Of a DNA stretch of 22,822 bases, positions 8,294 through 16,731 are shown piece after piece (positions within the stretch are counted from its first letter, which is position 1; the number at the start of each line of letters is the position of its first letter). The DNA is taken from positions 1 through 22,822 of the forward strand of contig CAVUHW010000025.1 of NCBI GenBank assembly GCA_963741205.1. Reading direction: 5' to 3'. The translations under genes were made by a program, and so were the position numbers. The stretch comes from Nitrospirota bacterium (GTDB taxonomy: Bacteria > Nitrospirota > UBA9217). The notes under the pieces are model-generated. The model saw nothing but the letters and a program-made list of their open reading frames with translations. It was not told the origin of the DNA and did not search any database.

Positions 8294-9325
8294 ATGGACC
8301 ACAACGACATTCGCCATAAACTGTCTGAATATCTTGATGGCTCGGTTACCGCCGAAGAGAAGTCGTCCATAGAAGAACATCTAAAGACCTGCTCTGCCTG
8401 CAGCGACGCGCTCCATGAACTGCAAAAGACCGTCGAACATATCAAGTCCGTCGAAGAGGTTGAGCCTCCGGCCTGGATGACGCAGAAGATCATGGCGAAC
8501 GTGCGCGCCGCTGAAGAAGAGAGGAAGGGCCTGTTCCGGAGACTCTTTCACCCTCTCTCCGTCAAACTGCCGATACAAGCTGTAGCCGTTTTGTTTCTTG
8601 CCGTTACCGCCTTCTATATCTATCAAAACATGTCACCCGACGGCGAAATATACGGAAGCGCCGCCTGAAAAGTTCGAGGCAGCAAAACCGGCCTCACCAT
8701 CGACTCTTGCTCCGGCACCCGAGCCAAAGATACGCCGTGAGCCTGCTGCCCGAGCCGAAAAGCCGCCCCAGACGCCGGAATATAAGGCCCTCGACATGAA
8801 GCAGGAATATGAAAAGCCTGCGCCCCCTGTGGCGCTGCGTAACGCTGCGGAATCTGCGCCGGCTGCAGCAAAACCTTTCGAGCCGGTTGAGAAAAAAAAG
8901 AGGGCCAAGGCGGTGGAATGCAGCAGGAATCTCGTCCCTCCGCTGATAAACGAGAGACGCCGGCTCCGGCGATGGGGTTAACATCGGGAGGAGAACCGCG
9001 GTCGGAAGGTACGGCGCCTGTTGCCAAAAGGAAGGCAGCCCTGGCAGAGGGAGGCGCGGAGAACGCGGTTGATTTGATAATGACGGTCAAGGAATTCGAC
9101 ACTGCTCAACGTGAAATTGAGAAGGCGGTCACAATGTTTGGCGGCAAAATCATCGGGAGTGTGCCGTCTGTTGACAAGGGTGCGATTATTGTATCGATCA
9201 ACAGGGACAAGTTCGCTGAACTCCTGTCAAAGTTGAAAACGATCGGCGAGGTGAAAGAAAAAATGCCGGTTCCGCTCGGTCGCGAAGGATATCTGACCAT
9301 CCGGATCACCATGACAAAAAATTAG
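8294..9325 (+). CDS. Zinc-binding (ZAS) transmembrane anti-sigma factor; two frameshifts (~8640, ~8895)
   Basis: LSEYLDG...HLKTCSAC (HxxxCxxC), a TM helix, a Pro/Ala-rich linker and a small C-terminal domain in 8918-9325; directly follows the ECF sigma gene. Confidence 0.82.
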
Positions 9326-9331
9326 GGTCTA

Positions 9332-9815
9332 TCACTTGACCCTGGTCATGGTCACCTCATATCCCCCCTCTTGGCCACTCCCACTTACTTATAAGGGTAT
9401 TTCGATCTCCGCTGAATTTGCCCTGTAATGGATCAGAGAACCCACGGCACCAAACCAGTTCCTGAATGTGTCTTCATTGCCTCCCCCGTGTATTCGAGGG
9501 GGTTAAGACCCAGATTGCCGAAGACGTGAGTTTTCAGATACCCGCTCTTTTCGTCGTAGCCGATGCACTCAACGCTAGTGATCTTCCGTCCGTCGTAGTC
9601 GGAGTTAAATCGGTGAAAACGTGAAAAGCCGCCCTCCAGCCACTCGAAGGCGGACCGCCCGCGGAGTTCTTCATTCATTGTGATATCACTCCCCTCCAAC
9701 TCCCATACGCCCGCCATCACTTCCAGAACTTTAAGCGCGGGATTCGGTTTTGATGGTTGTTTTGAATTCTCTATTGTTTTCTCCGGTTGTGTTTCCGTTG
9801 TCGTCTTGTCCGCCA
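9332..9815 (-). pseudogene. DUF1579-like protein, multiply disrupted
   Basis: PNPALKVLEVMAGVWELEG...FEWLEGGF...IGYDE, continuing after shifts as TFRNWFG and KFSGDRNTLISKWEWPRGGYEVTMTRVK*. No clear start; the 5' boundary is approximate. Confidence 0.55.
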
Positions 9816-9948
9816 GTCTCCGTGCGGTAGTATAATGCGGCCGAACTCCTGGTTCTTCCAGCGCGTGGGAACGATTCATTTCCCGTGTTTGCAGCGGAAT
9901 AGAGTTACGGATTAACTGCCGCATTCTCCCGGCGATTGCGAAACAACG

Positions 9949-10035
9949 GGAAAACGCCGGTCTTCAGGCGCCGCCAATAGCCGGAGCGAGGCACGAGCGG
10001 AGGTTATTGGCGGTCGCCTGCAGGCCACAATGCCC
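9949..10035 (-). mobile_element. Degenerate attC-like palindrome
   Basis: Minus strand CAGGCG[A]CCGCCAATA ... TATTGGCGGCGCCTG with one unpaired base, ending GGCGTT; the left AAC core is missing. Confidence 0.45.
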
Positions 10036-10162
10036 GTCCCGGCACCGAGGGCTTGGGAAACGATTCCTGACACCTTGGTTTCTAGGCACAGACGCAGCCA
10101 GCCTGACCCAGTGAAGGCATGCATGCGCGTCTGACCCCAGCCATACGCTTCCGCGAGCCGCA

Positions 10163-10639
10163 CTACCCCACGGCCGCCAAGATCTTGCCATCGACCTCGA
10201 CGGGTTTGGCGTCGATAAGCACGACAGCGATCACACACGGTTCGGTGCCGCGATTGACCCAATTGTGGATCGTGCCGCGTTGCACGAGCACGTCGCCAGT
10301 CTTGAGATGGACGACCGCGTCCTCGATCTCCATGTCGATCTCGCCCGACACGACAATGAGGTAATCGATGGAATCCGTCCGGTGACTTCGAGGCACGACA
10401 CCAGGCGCGAACTCGAGGACACGAAAAATCGTGCCGTTCGGCAAAGTCGTGCCGACCGGCCGTCGTCCCGCGTCGGCGTCGCCAGTGTTGTCCACGGGGA
10501 ATGCCTTTGTGGTCCAGACGTTACACACTGTCGCTCCCGGTCGGATCGCAACGAGGTCGGTGGAGGCGTCGTCGATCTGCACAATCGCCCGTCCGTGTGC
10601 ATCATGTCCGGTGATGACCCTTCGCACTTGCAGTGTCAT
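10163..10639 (-). CDS. Cupin-domain protein
   Basis: VRRVITGHDAHGRA, HRTDSIDY and GDVLVQRGTIHNWVN motifs; GGAGGGAG SD. Confidence 0.9.
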   Translation of the reverse strand: MTLQVRRVITGHDAHGRAIVQIDDASTDLVAIRPGATVCNVWTTKAFPVDNTGDADAGRRPVGTTLPNGTIFRVLEFAPGVVPRSHRTDSIDYLIVVSGEIDMEIEDAVVHLKTGDVLVQRGTIHNWVNRGTEPCVIAVVLIDAKPVEVDGKILAAVG

Positions 10640-11110
10640 GGTCTGTCTCCCTCCTTGATATGAGTTTCCATAAGTTCTGTAGGAACTATGTTTGCAATCC
10701 CGATGTCATGATACGTCCGTATCATCGACTTCCCTGCCTAGCGAGTCTGCAGAAAAGCCATTATTCGTATTAAAATAAGCCTCAAATCCGATAGTTACAG
10801 GCGGCAAATTTGCCCGAAATGGCCACTCCCTTCCCTATAGGCTCAACCAGTGATTGTAGGGACGCATTACAGTAGCATAAAATTATAAGCATGGTCAAGA
10901 AAATGCAATAAATAGACTTAAGTAAACCGCGGAAATCATTACAGTTGGCATCAATGCCTGTTCCGCATAATCGAAGTAGTAATTTATCCTGACCACCATT
11001 CGTTTGGACTCTCATCTAAGATTCCTTTTCAATTGGAAGGGAACTTTTCCCCTCTCTCCTTTGTCTAATGGTCTAAAAGAAGTCCAATCCATTGGCAGAG
11101 GAGGCCCTTC

Positions 11111-12568
11111 ATGAAGTTCAAATATCTTATTACTGTCCTGGCAGTGCTGTTCCTAACAATTATCGGCTTTTGTCCTGTTTCAGAAGCAGAAAAGAAGGGA
11201 ACAAATCTCACTACAGCAACAAGCACGCTGGACGACCAGACCGGCGTTGCCCTCACGATCTACAACGTCAACCTTGGCCTGGTCAAGGACCAGCGGCAGA
11301 TCAAACTCGGGAAAGGCATCAGCGATCTTCGGTTCATGGACGTGGCAGCATCAATCATGCCGACGAGCGTTCATATCAAGTCCCTCGTCGATCCTGAAAC
11401 CCTGCGCGTTCTCGAACAGAACTACGAGTACGACCTCCTGAATCCCCAGAAACTCCTCGACAAATACGTCGGCAAGGAGGTAAAACTCTTGACCAAAAAT
11501 CCTTATACAGAGCGCGAAGAGCTCGTGACCGCGACACTGCTTTCGAACAACGGCCAGCCCATCTTTAAGATCGGGGACGAGATCACCTTCGGGCATCCGG
11601 GACGGATCATCTTCCCCGGCGTGCCGGAGGACCTGAATGCGAAGCCGACACTGGTCTGGATGGTCGAGAACGGACTGCCCTCAACACAAAAAATAGAAGC
11701 GTCCTACCTGACGAACGGCATTAACTGGCGTTCGGATTACGTGGTGACGCTGAACGACAGGGACGATAAGGCGGACCTCTCCGGCTGGGTCACCATCGAC
11801 AATCACAGCGGCGCGACGTATAAAAACGCGAAGCTCAAGCTCGTGGCCGGCGACGTGAACCGGGTTAAGGATAAAATGGAGTATGAAGGCAAGATGCTGC
11901 GCGCGGCAAAAGCTGCGGCGGAAGCGCCGGCCCCCCAGTTCAGGGAAGATTCGTTCTTCGAATACCATATCTACACCCTCGAACGGCCTGCTACGGTTAA
12001 AGACAACCAGACCAAGCAGATAAGCCTGGTGGCCGCCGACAACATTCCGGTCAAAAAAGAGCTGCTCTATTACGGCGCAAATTACTACTACTACAACCGC
12101 TATGGAGACGCCATGTCGAACCAGAAAGTCGGCGTGTTCGTCGAGATCCAGAATAAAAAGGAAAATAATCTCGGCATCCCTTTACCCAAGGGTACGATAA
12201 GGGTTTATAAGGCTGACAAAGAAGGAAGCCTGCAGTTCGTGGGAGAGGATTCCATCGACCACACGCCCAAAGATGAGAAGGTCAGGATCAAGCTCGGCGA
12301 CGCCTTTGACGTGGTCGGAAGCAGGAAACAGACGGACTGGAAGAAGACAGCTTACGATACCTACGAAGCGGCTTTCGAGATCTCGCTCAGGAACCACAAG
12401 AAGGAGGACGTGGTCGTCAAGGTCGTTGAACCCATTCCGGGAGACTGGACCATGCTGACCTCGTCGCACGCGTATAAGAAGTCAGAGGCCTTCACCGCCG
12501 AGTTCAATATTCCGGTGCCGAAGGACCAGGAAGTGAAGCTCTCGTATCGGGTGAGAATGAGGTATTAG
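11111..12568 (+). CDS. Secreted DUF4139-domain protein
   Basis: Signal peptide, VALTIYNVNLGLVKD, VLEQNYEYDLL, FFEYHIYTLERP and LGIPLPKGTIRVY; GAGGAGG SD. Confidence 0.82.
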   Translation: MKFKYLITVLAVLFLTIIGFCPVSEAEKKGTNLTTATSTLDDQTGVALTIYNVNLGLVKDQRQIKLGKGISDLRFMDVAASIMPTSVHIKSLVDPETLRVLEQNYEYDLLNPQKLLDKYVGKEVKLLTKNPYTEREELVTATLLSNNGQPIFKIGDEITFGHPGRIIFPGVPEDLNAKPTLVWMVENGLPSTQKIEASYLTNGINWRSDYVVTLNDRDDKADLSGWVTIDNHSGATYKNAKLKLVAGDVNRVKDKMEYEGKMLRAAKAAAEAPAPQFREDSFFEYHIYTLERPATVKDNQTKQISLVAADNIPVKKELLYYGANYYYYNRYGDAMSNQKVGVFVEIQNKKENNLGIPLPKGTIRVYKADKEGSLQFVGEDSIDHTPKDEKVRIKLGDAFDVVGSRKQTDWKKTAYDTYEAAFEISLRNHKKEDVVVKVVEPIPGDWTMLTSSHAYKKSEAFTAEFNIPVPKDQEVKLSYRVRMRY

Positions 12569-12576
12569 AAGAAGAC

Positions 12577-12614
12577 AGGGTGAAGGGTGAAGGATGATAG
12601 TACTTCATCCTTCA
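12577..12614. repeat. Inverted heptamer repeats between convergent genes (possible terminator)
   Basis: AGGGTGA AGGGTGA AGGATGA-tagtact-TCATCCT TCAT. Confidence 0.6.
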
Positions 12615-12630
12615 TACACTTATCTTTTGC

Positions 12631-13695
12631 TCACAGCCACTTCTTGCGCTTGAAATAGACAACCATCAGGCCACCGATCGCAAGCATTACGAGAAGCGAT
12701 GCCGGATAACCATAGCGCCACTCGAGCTCGGGCATGTTCTTGAAGTTCATTCCGTAAACACCGGCGATGAAGGTGATCGGCATGAAGATCAGGGAAATCA
12801 CCGTCAGGACCTTCATCACCTCGTTCAGCCGGTTGCTCACGCTCGACAGATACATGTCGAGCATGCTGGAGATCATCTCCCGGTAGATGTCGACGCTGTC
12901 GATGACGTGGATCACGTGGTCGTACACGTCCCGCAGATAGGGCGACGTCGACTCCCGGATGAGGGGCGACTCGTGCTTGGTCATGCCGTTCACCACCTCG
13001 CGCAGGGGCCAGACGGCGTTATGGAGGAAGATCAGTTCCCGCTTGAGCTGGTAGATCCTCTGCACCGTCTTCTGCGAGGGATTCTCGATCAGCTCCGTTT
13101 CAAGCAGCTCGATCTTCTCGCCGAACTTTTCAAGGATCACGAAGTAATTGTCCACCACGGCGTCTACGAGCGCATAGGCGAGATAGTCGGCGCCCATCTT
13201 GCGGATGCGTCCTTTGCCGCTTCTCATGCGATCCCGGATCATATTGAAGACGTCCCCTTCGATCCCCTCCTGGAACGAGAGGAGGAAGTTCGCTCCTACG
13301 ATGATGCTGAGCTGCTCGGTCACGATGTCTCCGCTCTTCCCGATCGACAGCATCTTGAGTACGAGGAAGAGGTAGTCCCCAAAATCCTCCATCTTCGGAC
13401 GCTGGTCGGTGTTCACGATGTCTTCCATGACGAGCCGGTGCAGGCCGAAGCAGTTTCCGAACTTTTCGAGCACCGGCACGTTATGAACTCCGTCGAAATT
13501 GACCCAGGTGACTGTGGGCTTGTCCTTGTAAGGAATGCACGCTTCGACGCCGGTCAGCTCCTGCTCGCTGAAATTTGCCTCGTCGTAATCGATTACGTGG
13601 ATCTCGATCTTCTCGTCTTTTTTCTCGCCCGTATAAAGCAGAGTCTCTGAGGGAAGACCGGATTTTTTTGATCGTTTTTTGGAGAGTCTCGGCAT
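12631..13695 (-). CDS. corA: Magnesium/cobalt transporter CorA
   Basis: QRPKME, YLRDVYDH, NEVMKVLT and the signature YGMNF..MPEL.W; ends KRKKWL. Confidence 0.95.
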   Translation of the reverse strand: MPRLSKKRSKKSGLPSETLLYTGEKKDEKIEIHVIDYDEANFSEQELTGVEACIPYKDKPTVTWVNFDGVHNVPVLEKFGNCFGLHRLVMEDIVNTDQRPKMEDFGDYLFLVLKMLSIGKSGDIVTEQLSIIVGANFLLSFQEGIEGDVFNMIRDRMRSGKGRIRKMGADYLAYALVDAVVDNYFVILEKFGEKIELLETELIENPSQKTVQRIYQLKRELIFLHNAVWPLREVVNGMTKHESPLIRESTSPYLRDVYDHVIHVIDSVDIYREMISSMLDMYLSSVSNRLNEVMKVLTVISLIFMPITFIAGVYGMNFKNMPELEWRYGYPASLLVMLAIGGLMVVYFKRKKWL

Positions 13696-13788
13696 AATGA
13701 GAGATTTATGATGAACTCGGAAAAACAGTTTTCCGCCGCGGAGGAGGCGGACTGAAACAGCAACGATAATCTTGAATCCAGGCCGATG

Positions 13789-14121
13789 CTACGTGATATC
13801 CTCAATCGTGACCACGGTGGCGGCGAGAAGGCCGGAGATGAGTTCGAACCCGCCGCACGGACGCGCTTTCCGGTCCTGGGCGAAGTCGCAGTCTTGCTCA
13901 CGGAACTCGCAGTCGCCGCAGACCCGCTTTATGATCAATTCCCGGACTTCGCGAGCGAGGCCCTGACTGCGCTTCTCTTCGAGTGACAGGTTCCGGCCCG
14001 AGTCGATCAGCCGTTGGATGACAACAGCGCCGCGGCACAGGAGTTCTTCATTCCTGTCCGGTTTATAATAATGGCAGTACGGCAGGCAAAGCGTTTGGAC
14101 AAGAGCGGCATTTTTTTTCAT
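13789..14121 (-). CDS. Cys-rich hypothetical protein (7 Cys), possibly metal/Fe-S binding
   Basis: CLPYCHYYKP...LLCRG...CGDCEF...DCDF...PCGG; fills the gap and has an extended -10 just upstream. Confidence 0.72.
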   Translation of the reverse strand: MKKNAALVQTLCLPYCHYYKPDRNEELLCRGAVVIQRLIDSGRNLSLEEKRSQGLAREVRELIIKRVCGDCEFREQDCDFAQDRKARPCGGFELISGLLAATVVTIEDIT

Positions 14122-14170
14122 CGCTCTCTGATTATAACAAAATCGAATTCGTGGTGCTATAATAAACGCT
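14122..14170. promoter_or_regulatory. Back-to-back extended -10 promoters driving two leaderless genes
   Basis: Minus strand TGTTATAAT (14139-14131) lies 9 nt before ATG 14121. Plus strand TGCTATAAT (14155-14163) lies 7 nt before ATG 14171. CGAATTCG sits between them. Confidence 0.65.
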
Positions 14171-15301
14171 ATGAGTTATTATTTATCCCGTCGGGCCGTC
14201 CTCAAATGGCTCGAAATCCCCTCCATTTATCAAATTGCAAAGGACGAGCTCTATGAGCTCGACGGCGACTCTTTCCGCTTTTTGCAGAATTGTGCGGCAA
14301 AGGACGGCTGCTCGTCAAAGGACGGGGCGTTCATCGATTATTGCATGGATGAGGGGTTGCTTACCACGGAGAAGGTGGTCGTCCAGCGGCCCCCTCTTAA
14401 GGAGGCCCCTGAACCGTCTCTCAGGTACCTTGAACTGCAAATAACAGACACCTGCAACCTTAGATGTAAACATTGCTATCTCGTCGAGGAATCACATAAG
14501 GAACTCTCGCCAGGGGAGGTGAACAAGGCCCTGAAGGAATTCGAGGCAATGCAGGGTCTGAGGGTGCTCATCACCGGCGGGGAGCCGCTCATGCACGGCA
14601 AGTTTAATGAAATCAATGAAATGCTCCCTGATTTTTTTATCAGGAAGGTCCTGTTCTCGAACGGCTTGCTTTTGAAGAAGGACATCCTCAGTACGCTGAA
14701 AGTGGATGAGATCCAGATCAGCATCGACGGGATGGAGCAGGCCCATGACCTGGTCCGCGGGGCCGGAACGTTCAAACGCGCCATGGAAGCGGCGCATGAT
14801 GCGCTCGATGCGGGATTCGATGTTTCTATCTCGACCATGGTGCACCGCGGTAACCTCGCCGACTTCGACGCCATGGAGCGGCTCTTCAAGGGAATGGGCG
14901 TAAAGGATTGGACCGTGGATGTGCCCTGCGTGACCGGCCGCCTGAAGGAGAACGACGAGTTGTGCGTCAGTCCCGAGGAGGGAGGCAAATACCTGGGGTA
15001 CGGCTACGGGGGGGGCCTCCTTTCGTCCGGCCAGGGATATGGCTGCGGGCTCCACCTCATGTCGGTGATGGCCGATGGGAAGATTGCAAAATGCTCCTTT
15101 TTCCGTGACAACGCCGTAGGTTATATTGCGGACGGCCTTAGGGAGGCATGGAAAAAAATCCGGCCCGTGCGGCTCAGCGATCTATCCTGCGATTGCGAAT
15201 ATCTCGAGGTTTGTCGAGGGGGTTGCAGGTACCGGGCCGAACTTCTATCGGGGAAAAACGGCAAGGACCTTTACCGCTGCACGCTCTATGGTATAATATA
15301 A
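14171..15301 (+). CDS. Radical SAM/SPASM-domain protein with an N-terminal extension (putative peptide maturase)
   Basis: CNLRCKHC, ITGGEP and QISIDG motifs; SPASM-type C..V.ADG.I.KC and CDCx5Cx3C...C; about 80 aa before the rSAM core. Confidence 0.92.
   Translation: MSYYLSRRAVLKWLEIPSIYQIAKDELYELDGDSFRFLQNCAAKDGCSSKDGAFIDYCMDEGLLTTEKVVVQRPPLKEAPEPSLRYLELQITDTCNLRCKHCYLVEESHKELSPGEVNKALKEFEAMQGLRVLITGGEPLMHGKFNEINEMLPDFFIRKVLFSNGLLLKKDILSTLKVDEIQISIDGMEQAHDLVRGAGTFKRAMEAAHDALDAGFDVSISTMVHRGNLADFDAMERLFKGMGVKDWTVDVPCVTGRLKENDELCVSPEEGGKYLGYGYGGGLLSSGQGYGCGLHLMSVMADGKIAKCSFFRDNAVGYIADGLREAWKKIRPVRLSDLSCDCEYLEVCRGGCRYRAELLSGKNGKDLYRCTLYGII
15270..15297 (+). promoter_or_regulatory. Putative promoter for the peptide gene, inside the last rSAM codons
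   Basis: TTTACC-16-TATAAT with TG extension (TGGTATAAT 15289-15297). Confidence 0.5.
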
Positions 15302-15392
15302 AGGTATTTATTAAACTTCATCCGGGCTTGGGCTTGTGTTCTTTTTGAGAGCCATCCTTCATGCTTGACCATTTCGGAAAGGAGGCAGTGCA

Positions 15393-15455
15393 ATGACGAT
15401 CAAAAAAGTGACGAAAAAAATGGCCGTTACCTGCAAGTGCAAGAGCTCCTGCTGA
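15393..15455 (+). CDS. 20-aa Lys/Cys-rich peptide, putative RiPP precursor
   Basis: AAAGGAGG (15378-15385), a 7-nt spacer, then MTIKKVTKKMAVTCKCKSSC*; lies between the rSAM gene and a terminator. Confidence 0.75.
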   Translation: MTIKKVTKKMAVTCKCKSSC

Positions 15456-15485
15456 TTTTCAGCTTCCGATTCAGTACTGGACCGC

Positions 15486-15524
15486 AAAAGAGCCCGGCAA
15501 ATTCATGCCGGGCTCTTTTATTTT
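15486..15524. terminator. Bidirectional intrinsic terminator
   Basis: AAAAGAGCCCGGCA-AATTCA-TGCCGGGCTCTTTT-ATTTT between convergent genes. Confidence 0.88.
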
Positions 15525-15593
15525 CTACTCTCTCACGGATGCCGCGATCCTGGGTCAGATCTGCGGATCCCCTCTGCGGCAAAGCAACGTCCG

Positions 15594-15869
15594 CTATGCG
15601 GCTTTCCTGCTGAATACTTCCCGTTCCTCGAAGTTTTTGATGAACTGAGCAACCTGGAAACCCAGATACACGCACTTGATCCCGTTCATACATTCGTCGG
15701 CGTCCTGTTTATCAAGGTGGGTGGTCAGTACTTCCGTTCCGCGCTTGAACGTCAGGATGTAGGCGTTTTTCCTCTCATCGAAATCGAGGCCGACCGAAAA
15801 ATTATGTTCCCTGATTTCAGGATACATTTCAAAGACCTTATCTTTCAATGCAACGTTGGTGTATGTCAT
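15594..15869 (-). CDS. Hypothetical protein (91 aa)
   Basis: AGGAGG SD, protein-like composition and a C-x5-C pair (ECMNGIKCVYLG); follows the ferritin-like gene. Confidence 0.78.
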   Translation of the reverse strand: MTYTNVALKDKVFEMYPEIREHNFSVGLDFDERKNAYILTFKRGTEVLTTHLDKQDADECMNGIKCVYLGFQVAQFIKNFEEREVFSRKAA

Positions 15870-15884
15870 GGCAACCTCCTATTC

Positions 15885-15965
15885 TGATTGCGGAATGCGG
15901 ATTGAATGCACACTCAGGATTCACATTTATACTTCTTTTGCATATTATTCCGCAATCAGCATTCC
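15885..15965. repeat. Inverted heptamer repeats
   Basis: TGATTGCGGAATGCGGATT ... ATTCCGCAATCAGCATTCC. Confidence 0.6.
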
Positions 15966-15975
15966 TTAATTTATA

Positions 15976-16464
15976 TCAACCGCCTTCCACGATGCCCCGT
16001 TCCTCCCACATGAACCAGTTTCCTGTGTCGGAAAGGAACTCATAGGTGTTTGCAAAAATATCGTAATGCTGCTCTTCCTCCTTGATCAACCGTTCCAGCA
16101 GCGCTTTTTCTTTGTCCGTCTTCGCGTGGGCCAGCGTCTTTTCGTAGAACTCTTTTCCTTCCTTTTCCATCTGCATGGCGATCTTGAACGCCTCAAGTTC
16201 GTCGGCCGTAGCCTCAACTTTTTTCATCATCTCGTTTTTCATGGTCTCAAAGACCGTCTTGACGTTATGCAAGGGGCTTACGTCCTTGTGCGTTATGTTG
16301 AGACCTTTGATCAGCCGGGAGATCAGCTCAAGATGCCTTTTTTCGTCTTCCGTGATCGTCTGAAACATCTTTTTCCCGGCAGGGTACTTCGTTTTCTGCG
16401 CAGCCTCGGTATAGAAAGATATTGCGTCGGTTTCCATCTTCATTGCGATTTCCAGGGCATCCAT
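15976..16464 (-). CDS. Ferritin-like / rubrerythrin-family protein
   Basis: Duplicated AMxME...FY and EDEKRH / EEEQH di-iron motifs; GAGGAGG SD. Confidence 0.9.
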   Translation of the reverse strand: MDALEIAMKMETDAISFYTEAAQKTKYPAGKKMFQTITEDEKRHLELISRLIKGLNITHKDVSPLHNVKTVFETMKNEMMKKVEATADELEAFKIAMQMEKEGKEFYEKTLAHAKTDKEKALLERLIKEEEQHYDIFANTYEFLSDTGNWFMWEERGIVEGG

Positions 16465-16548
16465 GAAATCCTCCTCGTAAGTTTTCTCTCATGCAGAAGT
16501 ATTATAAACAATTTCACAATAGAAACGATGGCTGCCTTCTCATAATCT

Positions 16549-16579
16549 GCCATCCCCGAATGTTTTATCGAGGGTATGG
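16549..16579. repeat. REP-like repeat, family B, degenerate copy
   Basis: GCCATCCCCGAATGTTTTATCGAGGG, similar to 17906-17937. Confidence 0.5.
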
Positions 16580-16731
16580 TTTCCCAAGCAATGAAAAGCT
16601 ATTAAGTAGCTGGATATTTCAAAAGAAATATCTTAGAACTATTATATCACAATGAACATGATGGCGGAAGAGCCGGTCAGACGAGGGGCTTTTGCATCCC
16701 GGCCGAGGGGAAGCATCAGAAGCGGGTTCAA

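Noticed and set aside
10960-10987. dif-like site GTTCCGCATAA-N6-TAGTAATTTAT
   Set aside because: Only the XerC-like arm matches; the normally better conserved XerD arm TTATGTTAAAT does not.
10782-11015. 77-aa ORF in the AT-rich gap
   Set aside because: No SD or recognisable motif; likely non-coding or decayed DNA.
15453-15484. Sec readthrough of the peptide's TGA (weak TTCA-GTAC-TGGA hairpin at about +15 to +26)
   Set aside because: The stem is weak, and the readthrough frame has no stop before the terminator, so TGA is treated as a stop. Homologue alignment could reopen this.
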